DNA of 24,341 nucleotides, from the NCBI GenBank assembly GCA_051006595.1, contig JBPCTA010000030.1:1-24341 (forward strand), written 5' to 3'. Positions within the stretch are counted from its first letter, which is position 1, and every line of letters starts with the position of its first letter. The stretch is from Pirellulales bacterium (GTDB taxonomy: Bacteria; Planctomycetota; Planctomycetia; Pirellulales; UBA1268). Below, one piece after another: positions 6,972 through 16,035 of the stretch. The notes beneath the pieces are model-generated. The model saw only the letters and a program-made list of their open reading frames with translations. It made no database searches and was not told where the DNA came from. The position numbers and the translations under genes were made by a program.

Positions 6972-8182
6972 GCCGCCTCCGTGCCGAGTGCCTGCCTCCG
7001 CAGGTCGGTGCTCGAGATATCGAGACGGAACTCCCGCTGCGATACGAAATAACTGATGTCGCGCAGGGGCTGTGGCACGTCGAGGTGCGACGCATCCTCA
7101 AAGATTCCGTTTCGCGCCCGACCAAACACGATCAGCCCGCGTGCCTTGGCGGCGATCGTCTCGACGGCCCGTGCGGCAGCATCTGCGGAGCCGCCGTAAT
7201 ACCGCGGGTCGGCCAGCCTCGCGTAGGTGTCGGCCCCCATCACGAACGTGCCCTCGGGAAAGAGGTCGAGCTTCTCGACGAACGTGGCGGCCCGCGTGAG
7301 CCAGAGCCGCTGGCCGGCAAACTCCGCGGCACGATCCCGGATCGCGATGAAATCGAGCAGTGGCTTGTCCACGTTTGTGACGGAGATTTCCCAGGCGAGC
7401 GGTCGCTCCGCGATCTCCTCGGCGATCCGCGCCATCAGCCGGTGCCCCTCGTGGAGCGGATCGAACGATCCGGGAAACACAAGGTCGCCCGCTGCGGGCA
7501 GCGAGGGCTCGGCGGATGCTCCGACGACTGCCTCCGGAACGGCCACGGCCGCTCTCGTGCCGGCGAACAATGCCTGCCATGAAGCTGGGGCATCCACGTG
7601 GTCGTGCACCACATGCTCGCCGGGTCGTAGGCTGCCGGCGATGCTCTCGCGATCAGCTGCCGGCAGATGGGAGGCCTCCATTAGCAGGTCGAACAAGAGC
7701 GCGGCGGCGATCTGCTCCTCGTCGGTTCGCGATCGCACATCCTTCTCGAGCACCAGCTCCGCGACGTGGGTCGAGGCGAGCGTCTGCACGGCAACGCAGA
7801 TCCGGTGGTGGCCGCGCTTGGGTCGTGTGGTTCGCAGGCTGGCCGTCACGGCCACGCCGACGGCCCGCGACGCGGCAGGCTCGGTGGAACCGGGGCCGTC
7901 GGCTTCAGCGGCCGCTTCGAGGTCGCACGCCCGCTGCCAGGCGGCTGCCGCGAGTCGCCGGGCGGTTTTGGGCGAGCAGTAGGTCTCCTGGCAGCCCCCG
8001 AGCAGCCGATCCACGGCCGGCCGCGCGTAGGGCACGAGCGCTTCGAGCACGACGCCGCTGCCGCCGGGCGTGGTGAGCAGGTGGGGAATCGCGAGCGAGC
8101 CGCCCCCCGTGGACACCAGAACGAGCTTGCGGCGGGCCTGAGCCAGTGCCGTGAGGAGCCGTGCCGGATCGGGAAGGTGCAT
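6962..8182 (-). CDS. CinA-like domain fused to an HxGH nucleotidyltransferase (NadD/NMNAT-like)
   Basis: N-terminal TGGG...PGGS...VPYA...CSPKTARRLA resembles the CinA/PncC fold. The C-terminal part has FPGSFDPLHEGH, MGADT and ISSTDLR. Confidence 0.82.
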   Translation of the reverse strand: MHLPDPARLLTALAQARRKLVLVSTGGGSLAIPHLLTTPGGSGVVLEALVPYARPAVDRLLGGCQETYCSPKTARRLAAAAWQRACDLEAAAEADGPGSTEPAASRAVGVAVTASLRTTRPKRGHHRICVAVQTLASTHVAELVLEKDVRSRTDEEQIAAALLFDLLMEASHLPAADRESIAGSLRPGEHVVHDHVDAPASWQALFAGTRAAVAVPEAVVGASAEPSLPAAGDLVFPGSFDPLHEGHRLMARIAEEIAERPLAWEISVTNVDKPLLDFIAIRDRAAEFAGQRLWLTRAATFVEKLDLFPEGTFVMGADTYARLADPRYYGGSADAAARAVETIAAKARGLIVFGRARNGIFEDASHLDVPQPLRDISYFVSQREFRLDISSTDLRRQALGTEAACE

Positions 8183-8329
8183 GGACGTGGCAACCCTTAA
8201 CGACAGTCGAAACCGCTCGGGCCCGTTGCCCTACTCGCCGAGGCCGCACCGCTTGCCGCCCTGCCACCCGCGGGGCGATCGCCGCTCCAGCCGGACTGCC
8301 GGCCAGGCCGATCACTGATTCAGGAGAAC

Positions 8330-8833
8330 GTGCATTTGATGATACAGGCCGTCGCCTGCCGCCGCATCACGCCGGGCATCCACCACGTGGTGCCGGTCGT
8401 GCTCGCCCTGTTTCTCACGCTGGCGGCAGAGCCGCTCGTGGGCTCCGATCTGCCGCTCGATCCGCTCCTGGCCACGAAAAAGATCGATCCAGCGACCACC
8501 GGCCCCGACGCGCCGTCCACGATCGATTCGCTGCTGCCTCCGCGAACCGACACCGCCGCCGATTGGTACGCGCCGCTCGAGCCGTTGCACCGATGCGGTG
8601 AGCCGCGGCTGCTGCCAACATGCGTGCCGCCGCCGCCCTGCCACCCCAGCCTTCCCCCGCGGCCTTTCGATCTCGTGGGGGTGCGGGGCTGCCCGACCTG
8701 CGGGCCGATCTACCGCGGCCCCTGCGGGCCGCGCACCGGCAGCCACGATGCAGGCCCTCATCCGCGGATCCATCGCGTGCACGACCGGCTCTTCGACTGG
8801 TTCTACACCCCGCGCACGCCGATCCTGCCGTAG
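8330..8833 (+). CDS. Exported hypothetical protein with Pro/Cys/His-rich C-terminal half
   Basis: GTG start after AGGAG; hydrophobic signal-like segment VVPVVLALFLTLAA; C-terminal CVPPPPCHP, CPTC and HRVHDRLFDWFY. Confidence 0.75.
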   Translation: MHLMIQAVACRRITPGIHHVVPVVLALFLTLAAEPLVGSDLPLDPLLATKKIDPATTGPDAPSTIDSLLPPRTDTAADWYAPLEPLHRCGEPRLLPTCVPPPPCHPSLPPRPFDLVGVRGCPTCGPIYRGPCGPRTGSHDAGPHPRIHRVHDRLFDWFYTPRTPILP

Positions 8834-8850
8834 CCGCGGGTCGCCGTGGG

Positions 8851-9717
8851 CTACGGATTATCCCGCTCGAACGCCTCGTTCATCCGCTGCACGATCTGGT
8901 CGGCGGTGTCGGTCTTGAGTCCGTAGAGAAACCAGCGAACCCGCTGCTCGCTCGAGCCGTGCGTGAACGCTTCGGGTACTACGTAGCCCTGCGCCTTCTT
9001 CTGAATCCGGTCGTCGCCGATCGCCGCCGCCGCGTTGACGGCCTCGCGAATATCCTCCTCGTCGAGGATGCCCGCATACTGCGCCATGTTGCGGGCCCAG
9101 ACGCCCGCGAGATAGTCGGCCTGGAGCTCCATGCGCACCGACACTTTGTTGTAGTCGGCCTGTGAGAGCCGTCGCTGCATGGCCTGCACGTTGTCGCTGA
9201 TGCCGAGCTGCTTCTGAACGTGGTGCCAGATCTCGTGCGCGATCACATAGGCCTGGGCGAAGTCGCCCGGGGCGCCGAACCGCCGCTTGAGCTCCTCGTA
9301 AAACACCGGATCGATGTAGACCGTCCTATCGAGCGGGCAGTAGAAGGGGCCGGCTCCCGCATCGGCGATGCCGCAAGCACTCTGCACTCGGCCGGTAAAC
9401 ATCACGAGCTTGGTCGGCGCGAATCGCTTGCCGAATGCCTTGGGGAAGATCGCCGTCCAGACGTCTTCGTTGTCGGCGAGCACCGTCTTGATGAACTTGC
9501 TGATCTCGTCGTTGACCGGCTTGCCAGGCGCGGCCTGGGGGGCGGGGCCGCCGGCGAGCTCCGGCGCGATCTGCATGAGCTTCATCGGGTCAACGCCGAG
9601 AAACATCATCACGATCATGATCACGAGGGTGAGCAGGCCGCCCCCGATGACCGCCTGTTGCCCTGCGCTCCGCCGATCCTCGACGTTGTCGCTCTGCCGA
9701 CGTCCTTCCCAACGCAT
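8851..9717 (-). CDS. ypfJ: Neutral zinc metallopeptidase (YpfJ / Zn_peptidase family)
   Basis: MRWEGRRQSDNVEDRR start, GPFYCPLD, YVIAHEIWHHVQ, ELQADYLAG and FTHGSSEQRVRWF motifs. Confidence 0.93.
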   Translation of the reverse strand: MRWEGRRQSDNVEDRRSAGQQAVIGGGLLTLVIMIVMMFLGVDPMKLMQIAPELAGGPAPQAAPGKPVNDEISKFIKTVLADNEDVWTAIFPKAFGKRFAPTKLVMFTGRVQSACGIADAGAGPFYCPLDRTVYIDPVFYEELKRRFGAPGDFAQAYVIAHEIWHHVQKQLGISDNVQAMQRRLSQADYNKVSVRMELQADYLAGVWARNMAQYAGILDEEDIREAVNAAAAIGDDRIQKKAQGYVVPEAFTHGSSEQRVRWFLYGLKTDTADQIVQRMNEAFERDNP

Positions 9718-9802
9718 GTCCGTGTCGCCTCCAAGGGGTGTGCCGCCGGTCCACGACGACCGGTCGATTCTAAGGAACCGTGCCGAAGGTTGCACGGAAG
9801 CA

Positions 9803-9832
9803 GCCCGCGGCCTTACGGCCGGTCGGCTTTCA
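9803..9832 (-). repeat. REP-like hairpin family A, copy 4
   Basis: Minus strand TGAAAGCCGACCGGCCGTAAGGCCGCGGGC, 14 bp after the MFS stop codon. Confidence 0.9.
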
Positions 9833-9846
9833 CGCGCGACGCGGCT

Positions 9847-11235
9847 TCAATCCTCGGGCAACGGCCGGCCCTTCGTCTCCGGCAGAAACGCCAGGGCTAC
9901 GAGGCCGAGCAGGAAGATCGCGCTCATGTAGGAGCAGGCGTTGCGAAAGGCGGCCAGCTTGGCCTCCGGAGTCGTCGCGCCCGCCTTGAGGGCCGACTGC
10001 AGGGCGCCGAGCGTGAACGGCCCGGTGGCTGCCACGAACCGGCCGACGTTGTAACAAAAGCTCGTGCCCGTGCTTCGCAGGCTCGTCGGGAACAACTCCG
10101 GCAGGTAGATCGCGAAGCCGGCGAAGAGGGCCAGCTGGCAGCCCCCCATGATCGCGCTCATCCAGATATCGCCCCGGCCGTTGAACAGCTGAAAGTAGGC
10201 CACCGTGGCGGCGAGGGCCGCGACGTAGCCGATCGCAAAGGCCGCCTTGCGGCCGATCCCCTGGGCGAGCTTGGTGAACAGAAGCATGCCGATGAAGGCG
10301 CCGATGTTCTGCACGATCGAGTTGACGCCGATCCAATACTGCTGCCGGCCCGCGATCTCCTCCGCGGGCACGCCCTCCTTGATCAGCGACGTCTTGATCA
10401 CGTCGCCGACGAGCTCCGGGCTGAAGAAACCGATGCCCCACAGGCCGATCACCCCCGACACGCAGAGCACCATGCCGAGCAGGGCCGGCCCCTGCCAGCG
10501 GCGATCACCGAGCAGGGCCGCATACGACCCAAACTTCACGCCAGCCGCCTTGCCCGCCGCCCGCGCCTGCACCCACTTCTCCGGCTCCTTGAGCTGCAAC
10601 TGGATGAACACGCAGAGAAACGCGGGAATCGCACCGACGAGGAACATGTATTTCCAGCCCGTTCCCGCCACGATCGCCTTGGTCGACTCGAGATGGCCGA
10701 GATACATGCTGATGATCCCGGCCGTGATGTTGCCCACCGCCGAGAGGGCCTGGAGCAGGCCGAGGGCGCCGGTGCGGGACCGATCGGGCAGCGTGTCGGC
10801 GACAAGGGCCACCGCCAGCCCAAACACGCCCCCGACGCCCAGGCCCGTGAGGAAGCGATACGACGCGAAGTCGATCCAGCCGGTCGAGAAGGCCGAGAGT
10901 CCGGTGCAGACCGAATAGATGAGCACCGTGAGCGTGAGCATCTTCGCCCGGCCGAAGCGATCGCCGAGCGAGCCGAAAATCAGGCCGCCCATGGCCCAGC
11001 CGGCCACGAAGATGCTCGTGGCGTAGCCGCCGTAGAGCTTGGGATCCATGCCCGCCGGCAGCAGCGACTCCATCGCCTTGTTTCGGGCCAGGATGAAGAG
11101 CTGCTGATCGAGGCAGTCGAAGAGCCAGGCCAGCGAGGCCACCGTGAACACGAACCAGTGGTAGGGCGTGAGGTCGCGATACCACGGGCTGCGGTCGTCG
11201 TGGATTGCGGTGCGATGCTGCTTCGATTCGGCCAT
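9847..11235 (-). CDS. MFS transporter
   Basis: About 12 hydrophobic helices; GSLGDRFGRAK MFS motif A; YLPELFPTSLRSTGTSFCYNVGR. Confidence 0.95.
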   Translation of the reverse strand: MAESKQHRTAIHDDRSPWYRDLTPYHWFVFTVASLAWLFDCLDQQLFILARNKAMESLLPAGMDPKLYGGYATSIFVAGWAMGGLIFGSLGDRFGRAKMLTLTVLIYSVCTGLSAFSTGWIDFASYRFLTGLGVGGVFGLAVALVADTLPDRSRTGALGLLQALSAVGNITAGIISMYLGHLESTKAIVAGTGWKYMFLVGAIPAFLCVFIQLQLKEPEKWVQARAAGKAAGVKFGSYAALLGDRRWQGPALLGMVLCVSGVIGLWGIGFFSPELVGDVIKTSLIKEGVPAEEIAGRQQYWIGVNSIVQNIGAFIGMLLFTKLAQGIGRKAAFAIGYVAALAATVAYFQLFNGRGDIWMSAIMGGCQLALFAGFAIYLPELFPTSLRSTGTSFCYNVGRFVAATGPFTLGALQSALKAGATTPEAKLAAFRNACSYMSAIFLLGLVALAFLPETKGRPLPED

Positions 11236-11258
11236 GCGAGCGGTTCCCTGGGTCGTGC

Positions 11259-11285
11259 CTGAAGTCTGGGCGGCTGAAGTCTGGG
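11259..11285. repeat. Short direct repeat CTGAAGTCTGGG x2
   Basis: Copies at 11259-11270 and 11274-11285 (15-bp period), between the epimerase and MFS genes. Confidence 0.75.
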
Positions 11286-11319
11286 GGCTGTCGGCGGTGA
11301 ACGCCTCGTCGATGGCGGC

Positions 11320-12153
11320 TCAGCCGAGCGTGGTCTCGATCCGCCGCATGTAGTCGATGCTTTCGCGGGCGAGCCGCTCCGGTCCGGGAGCATAGTCGAA
11401 GACCTCCACGCTCACCCACCCGGCATAACGGACCTCGTCGAGGGCCGTGAAGATCGGCGCGAAGTCGACGGCCCCGAAGCCCGGGCCCTGGAGGTTGACG
11501 TCATTGGCGTGGAAGTGCTCGAGGTGACGGGCGCTGGCGACGATGATCTCGGGCATCGGCGTTGATTCACTCGCCATCGCCTTCACGTCGAGATGCAGCC
11601 GCACGTGCGGTGAGCCGATGCGATCGATCAGCCGGCAGGTCTCCTCCGCGGTGGTCAGCACGTCGGTCTCGACCGGCGAGAGCGGCTCGAGGGCCACGAC
11701 GGTGTCGGTGGCTTCGAGCACCGGCACCAGCCGCGAGAAGACCTCGTGGATGTGGTCGATGGCTGCTTCGGGCGACACGCCGGGCAGCAGGCTGCGCTGC
11801 TTTGGCGATCCAAACACGAGCACGCGGCCGCCGAGATCGTGGCAGAGTCGGGCGAGATCGCCGAGGTAGTCGATCGTGCGGGCACGGACGGCGGCGTCGG
11901 GATCCGCGACGTGAAAGCCTTCGGTTTTGGCGAGCAGCCAATGAAGCCCCACGCAGTCGAGCCCGGCCCGGGCAATCGTGCGGCGGATCTCGCCGCGGGT
12001 GGCCGCCGACACGTCGGTGGCCAGCGGCGCGAGCGTGAAAGGGGCCACTTCGAGCCCCGAGTAGCCGCATGCGGCCGCCATGTCGCAGGCCTTGGCCAGC
12101 GGCCAGTCGCCAAACGTCTCGTTGCAAATCGCGTAGCGGAAGGGTGCGTTCAT
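11320..12153 (-). CDS. Sugar phosphate isomerase/epimerase (xylose isomerase-like TIM barrel)
   Basis: AICNETF, GLEVAP, VALEPL, LHLDVKAM, HFHAND, GPGFG and WVSVEVFD metal-binding pattern. Confidence 0.93.
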   Translation of the reverse strand: MNAPFRYAICNETFGDWPLAKACDMAAACGYSGLEVAPFTLAPLATDVSAATRGEIRRTIARAGLDCVGLHWLLAKTEGFHVADPDAAVRARTIDYLGDLARLCHDLGGRVLVFGSPKQRSLLPGVSPEAAIDHIHEVFSRLVPVLEATDTVVALEPLSPVETDVLTTAEETCRLIDRIGSPHVRLHLDVKAMASESTPMPEIIVASARHLEHFHANDVNLQGPGFGAVDFAPIFTALDEVRYAGWVSVEVFDYAPGPERLARESIDYMRRIETTLG

Positions 12154-12197
12154 CAACGGCTCCGAAGCAAGATCGAGTCAAACCCCTGGCACGATAC

Positions 12198-13283
12198 TCA
12201 GCCTGCGGCCGCCACCTTCGCCACCCGGCCCGTGCGTGCCGAGCGGTAGCAGGCCTCGATGATCGCCACGGCCTTGCGACCCTCGCGGCCGTCGAGTTCG
12301 GGTGTGCGTCCGCCGCGGACGGCGTCGAGAAACGACTCGAAGTTGCGGGTATGGCAGGAGTAGTTGATCGCCATCGGATCGGCGGCGCCGCCGCTGGTGC
12401 CGCTCGAGCCGCCAAATCGTTCGCGGGTCGCCGCATCGTCGGGCAGGTCGCTGCGAAACCGCCAGGCGACGAGCTGCTCCTCGAGGATCTCGGCGGTGCC
12501 GTCGCGTCCACCGATGAGAAACCGCCGCAGCTGCCCCGGAAATAGGCTCGTGGCCGCGAGCAGCTGGCCGAGTCCGCCGTTCCGGAATCGGAGGATGGCG
12601 ACGCAGGTGTCTTCCACTTCGAGCCGTTCCGCATCGTGGGCCCGAACGGCCGTCATGGCCACGACGCTCTCGACCGGGTTCTCACCGGCAGCAAGCCCCG
12701 GCATCGTCGCCGCGGTGATCCACTGGAGCGCATCGACGCCGTGGATCGACTGGTTCATCAGCGCGCCGCCACCATCGAGGGCCTTGGTGCCCTGCCAGCG
12801 GCCGGGACCGTAGTAGGCATCGTCGCGCCACCAGGGCACGTAGCTCGCGGCCACGGCCAGCGTTCCGAACCGGCCCGCGGCGGCGGCGGCGTGCACGGCC
12901 TGAACGACCGGATTGAACCGCTGCGGAAAGATCGCGCCGAAGGTCACGCCCGCCCGGTCGGCGGCGGCGATCATCCGATCGATCCGGGCGAGCGTGATCT
13001 CGAGCGGCTTTTCGCAGATCACATGCACGCCGCGGCGAAAGGCGGCGAGCACGGCCGGCAGATGAGCGCCCGAGGGCGTGGCCACGGAGACGAAGTCGGG
13101 CTTCTCGCGGCGGAGCATCTTCGCGGTGTCGGCATACCACTGGCAGCCAAACTCAGCGGCGAAGCCGCGGCCTTTTTCCTCGGTGCGGCAGGTGGCCGCG
13201 ACGAGTTCGACGCCGGGGATATCGGCCAGCGCCCGCGCGTGCATGCGAGCGATGGCTCCGATTCCGATGATGGCTGCCCGCAT
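12198..13283 (-). CDS. Gfo/Idh/MocA family oxidoreductase
   Basis: IIGIGAIA Rossmann motif, ATPSGAH, CEKP, QRF and GGGALMNQSIHGVD. Confidence 0.95.
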   Translation of the reverse strand: MRAAIIGIGAIARMHARALADIPGVELVAATCRTEEKGRGFAAEFGCQWYADTAKMLRREKPDFVSVATPSGAHLPAVLAAFRRGVHVICEKPLEITLARIDRMIAAADRAGVTFGAIFPQRFNPVVQAVHAAAAAGRFGTLAVAASYVPWWRDDAYYGPGRWQGTKALDGGGALMNQSIHGVDALQWITAATMPGLAAGENPVESVVAMTAVRAHDAERLEVEDTCVAILRFRNGGLGQLLAATSLFPGQLRRFLIGGRDGTAEILEEQLVAWRFRSDLPDDAATRERFGGSSGTSGGAADPMAINYSCHTRNFESFLDAVRGGRTPELDGREGRKAVAIIEACYRSARTGRVAKVAAAG

Positions 13284-13385
13284 CCGGTGTCTCTCCCTGC
13301 CGGACGCGCGTCGTCCCGGCGGCAGACAGTGTCGCGGCCGAGCCGCAGCGGCACAAGTCAGCGTGAGGCGTGCGGGATCTCGTCC

Positions 13386-13410
13386 AAGCCCAACGCCGTG
13401 AGGCGTGGGG
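13386..13410 (+). repeat. REP-like hairpin family B, copy 1 (degenerate copy just upstream at 13353-13376)
   Basis: AAGCCCAACGCCGTGAGGCGTGGGG; stem ACGCC-GTGA-GGCGT. Confidence 0.9.
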
Positions 13411-13444
13411 TGGTGCCGGGATGCGGCTCAACGTCCGCCGCGGA

Positions 13445-14416
13445 TCAGAGCGTGTCGGCCGGCCGCTGAGGACACACCGGCCCGGCAGTTTCGCCCTCGA
13501 TCTGAATCGTCGCATGGGCGATGCCGAACCGGTCGCGGAGCAGGGCGGTGGCCGCGGCGAGCAACTGGTCGCGGTCCGAGCCATTCGGTGTGACGAGGTG
13601 GGCGGTGAGCGAGTTTTCGGAGGTGCTCGCTCCCCAGACGTGCAGGTCGTGCACTTCGACCACCCCCGACAGCCCCGCCAGCGCCGTCGTGATCGCCTCG
13701 GGATCGACGCCACGCGGCACCGCGTCGAGGGCGAGATCGACGCTCTCCCGAAAGAGCCCCCACGTGCCTGCGACGATCATGGCCGCGATCGCGATGCTGA
13801 CGACCGGATCGATCCAGGTCTTGCCCGTGACGGCGATCGCGATCCCGGCCAGCACCACGCCCACCGACACGGCTGCGTCGGCCGCCATGTGCAGAAAGGC
13901 ACCGCGGACGTTGGCATCACCGTGGCCGCGGAGAAAGAGCAGCGCCGTGAGCGTGTTGATCACGACGCCAATCGCGGCCACGAGGATCACCGTGGGCCCC
14001 GCGACGGGAGCGGGAAACCAGAGACGGTGGATCGCCTCCCAGACGATCACGCCGCAGGCCGTCAGCAGAAGCACCGCATTGGCGAGTGCCGCATAGATCG
14101 TGGAGCGACGGAAGCCCCAGGTGTAGCGTCGCGATGGTGGCCGCCGCGCCAGCCAGCCGGCTCCCCAGGCCAGGAGCAGGCCCAGCACGTCGCCGGCGTT
14201 GTGACCGGCATCGGCCAGCAGCGAGAGCGACCCGGCCCAAAGCCCAGTTGCCGCCTCGATCGCCACGAAGGCGGTATTCAGTCCCACCCCGATCGCCATC
14301 GCCCGATCGAACGACCCCGGCGTCAGGCCATGACCGTGCGCATGCCCGTGCCCGCAGGCCGCGCCGCGGCCAGGGGATTGATCGGCGACTGCGTCGTGCC
14401 TGTGATCGTGTGCCAT
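13445..14416 (-). CDS. Cation diffusion facilitator (CzcD/ZitB-like) metal transporter
   Basis: His-rich N-terminus (HDHRHD, GHGHAHGHG), LLADAGHNAGD, GAFLHMAAD and VHDLHVW. Confidence 0.95.
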   Translation of the reverse strand: MAHDHRHDAVADQSPGRGAACGHGHAHGHGLTPGSFDRAMAIGVGLNTAFVAIEAATGLWAGSLSLLADAGHNAGDVLGLLLAWGAGWLARRPPSRRYTWGFRRSTIYAALANAVLLLTACGVIVWEAIHRLWFPAPVAGPTVILVAAIGVVINTLTALLFLRGHGDANVRGAFLHMAADAAVSVGVVLAGIAIAVTGKTWIDPVVSIAIAAMIVAGTWGLFRESVDLALDAVPRGVDPEAITTALAGLSGVVEVHDLHVWGASTSENSLTAHLVTPNGSDRDQLLAAATALLRDRFGIAHATIQIEGETAGPVCPQRPADTL

Positions 14417-14478
14417 GCCTTGCCGGCGATCCGATCGAGGGTGATGAGTCACGAGAAAATGCAGACGGATCATACCTA

Positions 14479-14550
14479 CCCCACGCCTCACGGCGTTGGG
14501 CTTGCGCAGGGATTGCGTCGTGAAAGCCGACCGGCCGTGAGGCCGCGGGC
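14479..14550. repeat. Back-to-back REP pair: family B (14479-14503, - strand) and family A (14521-14550, + strand)
   Basis: Reverse-complement B copy, 17-bp spacer, then TGAAAGCCGACCGGCCGTGAGGCCGCGGGC. Confidence 0.9.
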
Positions 14551-14628
14551 AAACCTCCGCTGGATGCCGGCGTGTAGGATTGATCGGCGTGCACGTCTGG
14601 CTCTCGTTTCAGGCAAAGGACATCGATC

Positions 14629-15753
14629 ATGGAACCTCTCCGGGTGGCGGTCATCGGACACACAGGAAGGGGCGACTGGGGGCATGCGATCGACGAACTC
14701 TGGCGGGATATCGAGGCCGCCGAACTCGTCGCCGTCGCCGATGCGTCGCAGGAGGGGCTCGGAAAGGCGGTGGCGCGGCTCAAACTCGATGCCGCCACAC
14801 CAGGCACGGCGTTTCGTGACTGGAAGCAGATGCTCGACGAGGTGAATCCCGACGTCGACGCCATCTGCATGCGGCATATCGACCGCCACGCCGAGATCGC
14901 GATCGCCGCGGCCGAGGCGGGAGCGAAAGGGATCTTCATGGAAAAGCCCTTCGTGCGCACGCTCGCCGAGGCCGACGCCGTGATCGCCGCCTGCACCAAG
15001 AGCAACACGAAGCTCTCGCTGGCGTTCGTCAACCGCCATTCGCCCGCCTACGCGGCGGCCAAAGATCTGATCGAGAGCGGCCGAATCGGCAAGGTGCTCG
15101 AGGTCCGAGCCCGCGGCAAGGAAGATAAGCGCGGCGGCGGTGAGGATCTCTGGGTGCTCGGCAGCCACCTGCTCGACATGATGACCGATCTTGCCGGGGC
15201 GCCGAAGTGGTGCGAGGCCGCGGTGACGGTCGGCGGCAGGCCTATCACGAAGGCCGATGCCGTCGAGGGGCCGGAGGGCATCGGCCTGATCGCAGGCGAT
15301 TCGATCGCGGCGATGTTTGGCCTGGCCGACGGGCCGGTGGGCTACTTCGCAAGTGTTCGCGACGCGGGGCTCAAGCAGCCCAACTTCGGGCTCACCATCT
15401 GCGGCACCAACGGCGCCCTTCAGATCTGGCCGGATCACGTGCCTCATGCCTACTTCCGCGCCGCCCCGATCTGGCGGGTGGAGAAGGAGTTTCCGTGGCG
15501 ACCCATCGGCGCCGAGGGGCTCGAATCACCGCTGCCTGAGGCCGACGTCGATCGCGCCGCCGAACGGGCGTTGTGGGGCCGCCGCGCCGCGCTCGATCTG
15601 CTCGATGCGATCGCCGAAGATCGTGAGCCCGAGACGGGGATGTATGCCGGCCGCGTCACCGTCGAGATGACGGCCGCCGTCTACGCCGCGGCGTTGACGG
15701 GGCGTCGAGTGGACTGGCCGATCGCCGAACGCGGCAGCCCGCTGGCGTCGTGA
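14629..15753 (+). CDS. Gfo/Idh/MocA family oxidoreductase
   Basis: VAVIGHTGRGDWGH, IFMEKP and RGKEDKRGGGEDLWVLGSHLLD; AAAGGA upstream of the start. Confidence 0.93.
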   Translation: MEPLRVAVIGHTGRGDWGHAIDELWRDIEAAELVAVADASQEGLGKAVARLKLDAATPGTAFRDWKQMLDEVNPDVDAICMRHIDRHAEIAIAAAEAGAKGIFMEKPFVRTLAEADAVIAACTKSNTKLSLAFVNRHSPAYAAAKDLIESGRIGKVLEVRARGKEDKRGGGEDLWVLGSHLLDMMTDLAGAPKWCEAAVTVGGRPITKADAVEGPEGIGLIAGDSIAAMFGLADGPVGYFASVRDAGLKQPNFGLTICGTNGALQIWPDHVPHAYFRAAPIWRVEKEFPWRPIGAEGLESPLPEADVDRAAERALWGRRAALDLLDAIAEDREPETGMYAGRVTVEMTAAVYAAALTGRRVDWPIAERGSPLAS

Positions 15754-15765
15754 GGGGCTCGTTCC

Positions 15766-15882
15766 AGCCCAACGCCGTGAGGGTCTCGTACAAGCCCAAC
15801 GCCGTGAGGCGTGGGGTGGGCCCTGCGCCTGGTTTCGACATCAGCGCGGTTTGCCCGCGTCCTTACGGCCGGCCGGCTTTCA
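15766..15882. repeat. REP cluster: partial B (15766-15782), full B (15792-15816, +) and family A (15853-15882, -)
   Basis: Direct sequence identity to the other copies; the A copy has one substitution just outside the core stem and one in the 5' arm. Confidence 0.88.
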
Positions 15883-15912
15883 TGCGGCGGGGTGCCGCCG
15901 CCGCGGGAGATC

Positions 15913-16035
15913 AAAAAGGCCATGCCCGGAGGAGGTCCCTCGGCAGCATCCGTGCTGTGGGGGCCGTTCCGTCTTGTGTTTCCTGAGCGGATGAGACCGA
16001 CAGGGAAAACCGTGTCCTCCCACCCGGGCATGGCC
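15913..16035 (-). ncRNA. Candidate structured RNA (three-way junction, ~118 nt) downstream of mraZ
   Basis: Perfect 12-bp inverted repeat GGCCATGCCCGG (15918-15929 / 16024-16035), extended by GGAGG/CCTCC, encloses two internal hairpins. A5 at 15913-15917 gives a U5 tail on the - strand. Strand is uncertain. Confidence 0.55.

Noticed and set aside
9847-13283. MFS, epimerase and oxidoreductase cluster as a novel pathway
   Set aside because: A very common sugar/inositol-type catabolic arrangement; the substrate cannot be inferred from sequence alone.
15918-16035. 5S rRNA-like appearance (118 nt, three-way junction, CCUG..CAU.CCG..CUCAG)
   Set aside because: Lacks the conserved CCGAAC loop C and loop E (GAUGGUA/GAGAGUA-type) motifs, has an over-long terminal helix, and has no rRNA context.
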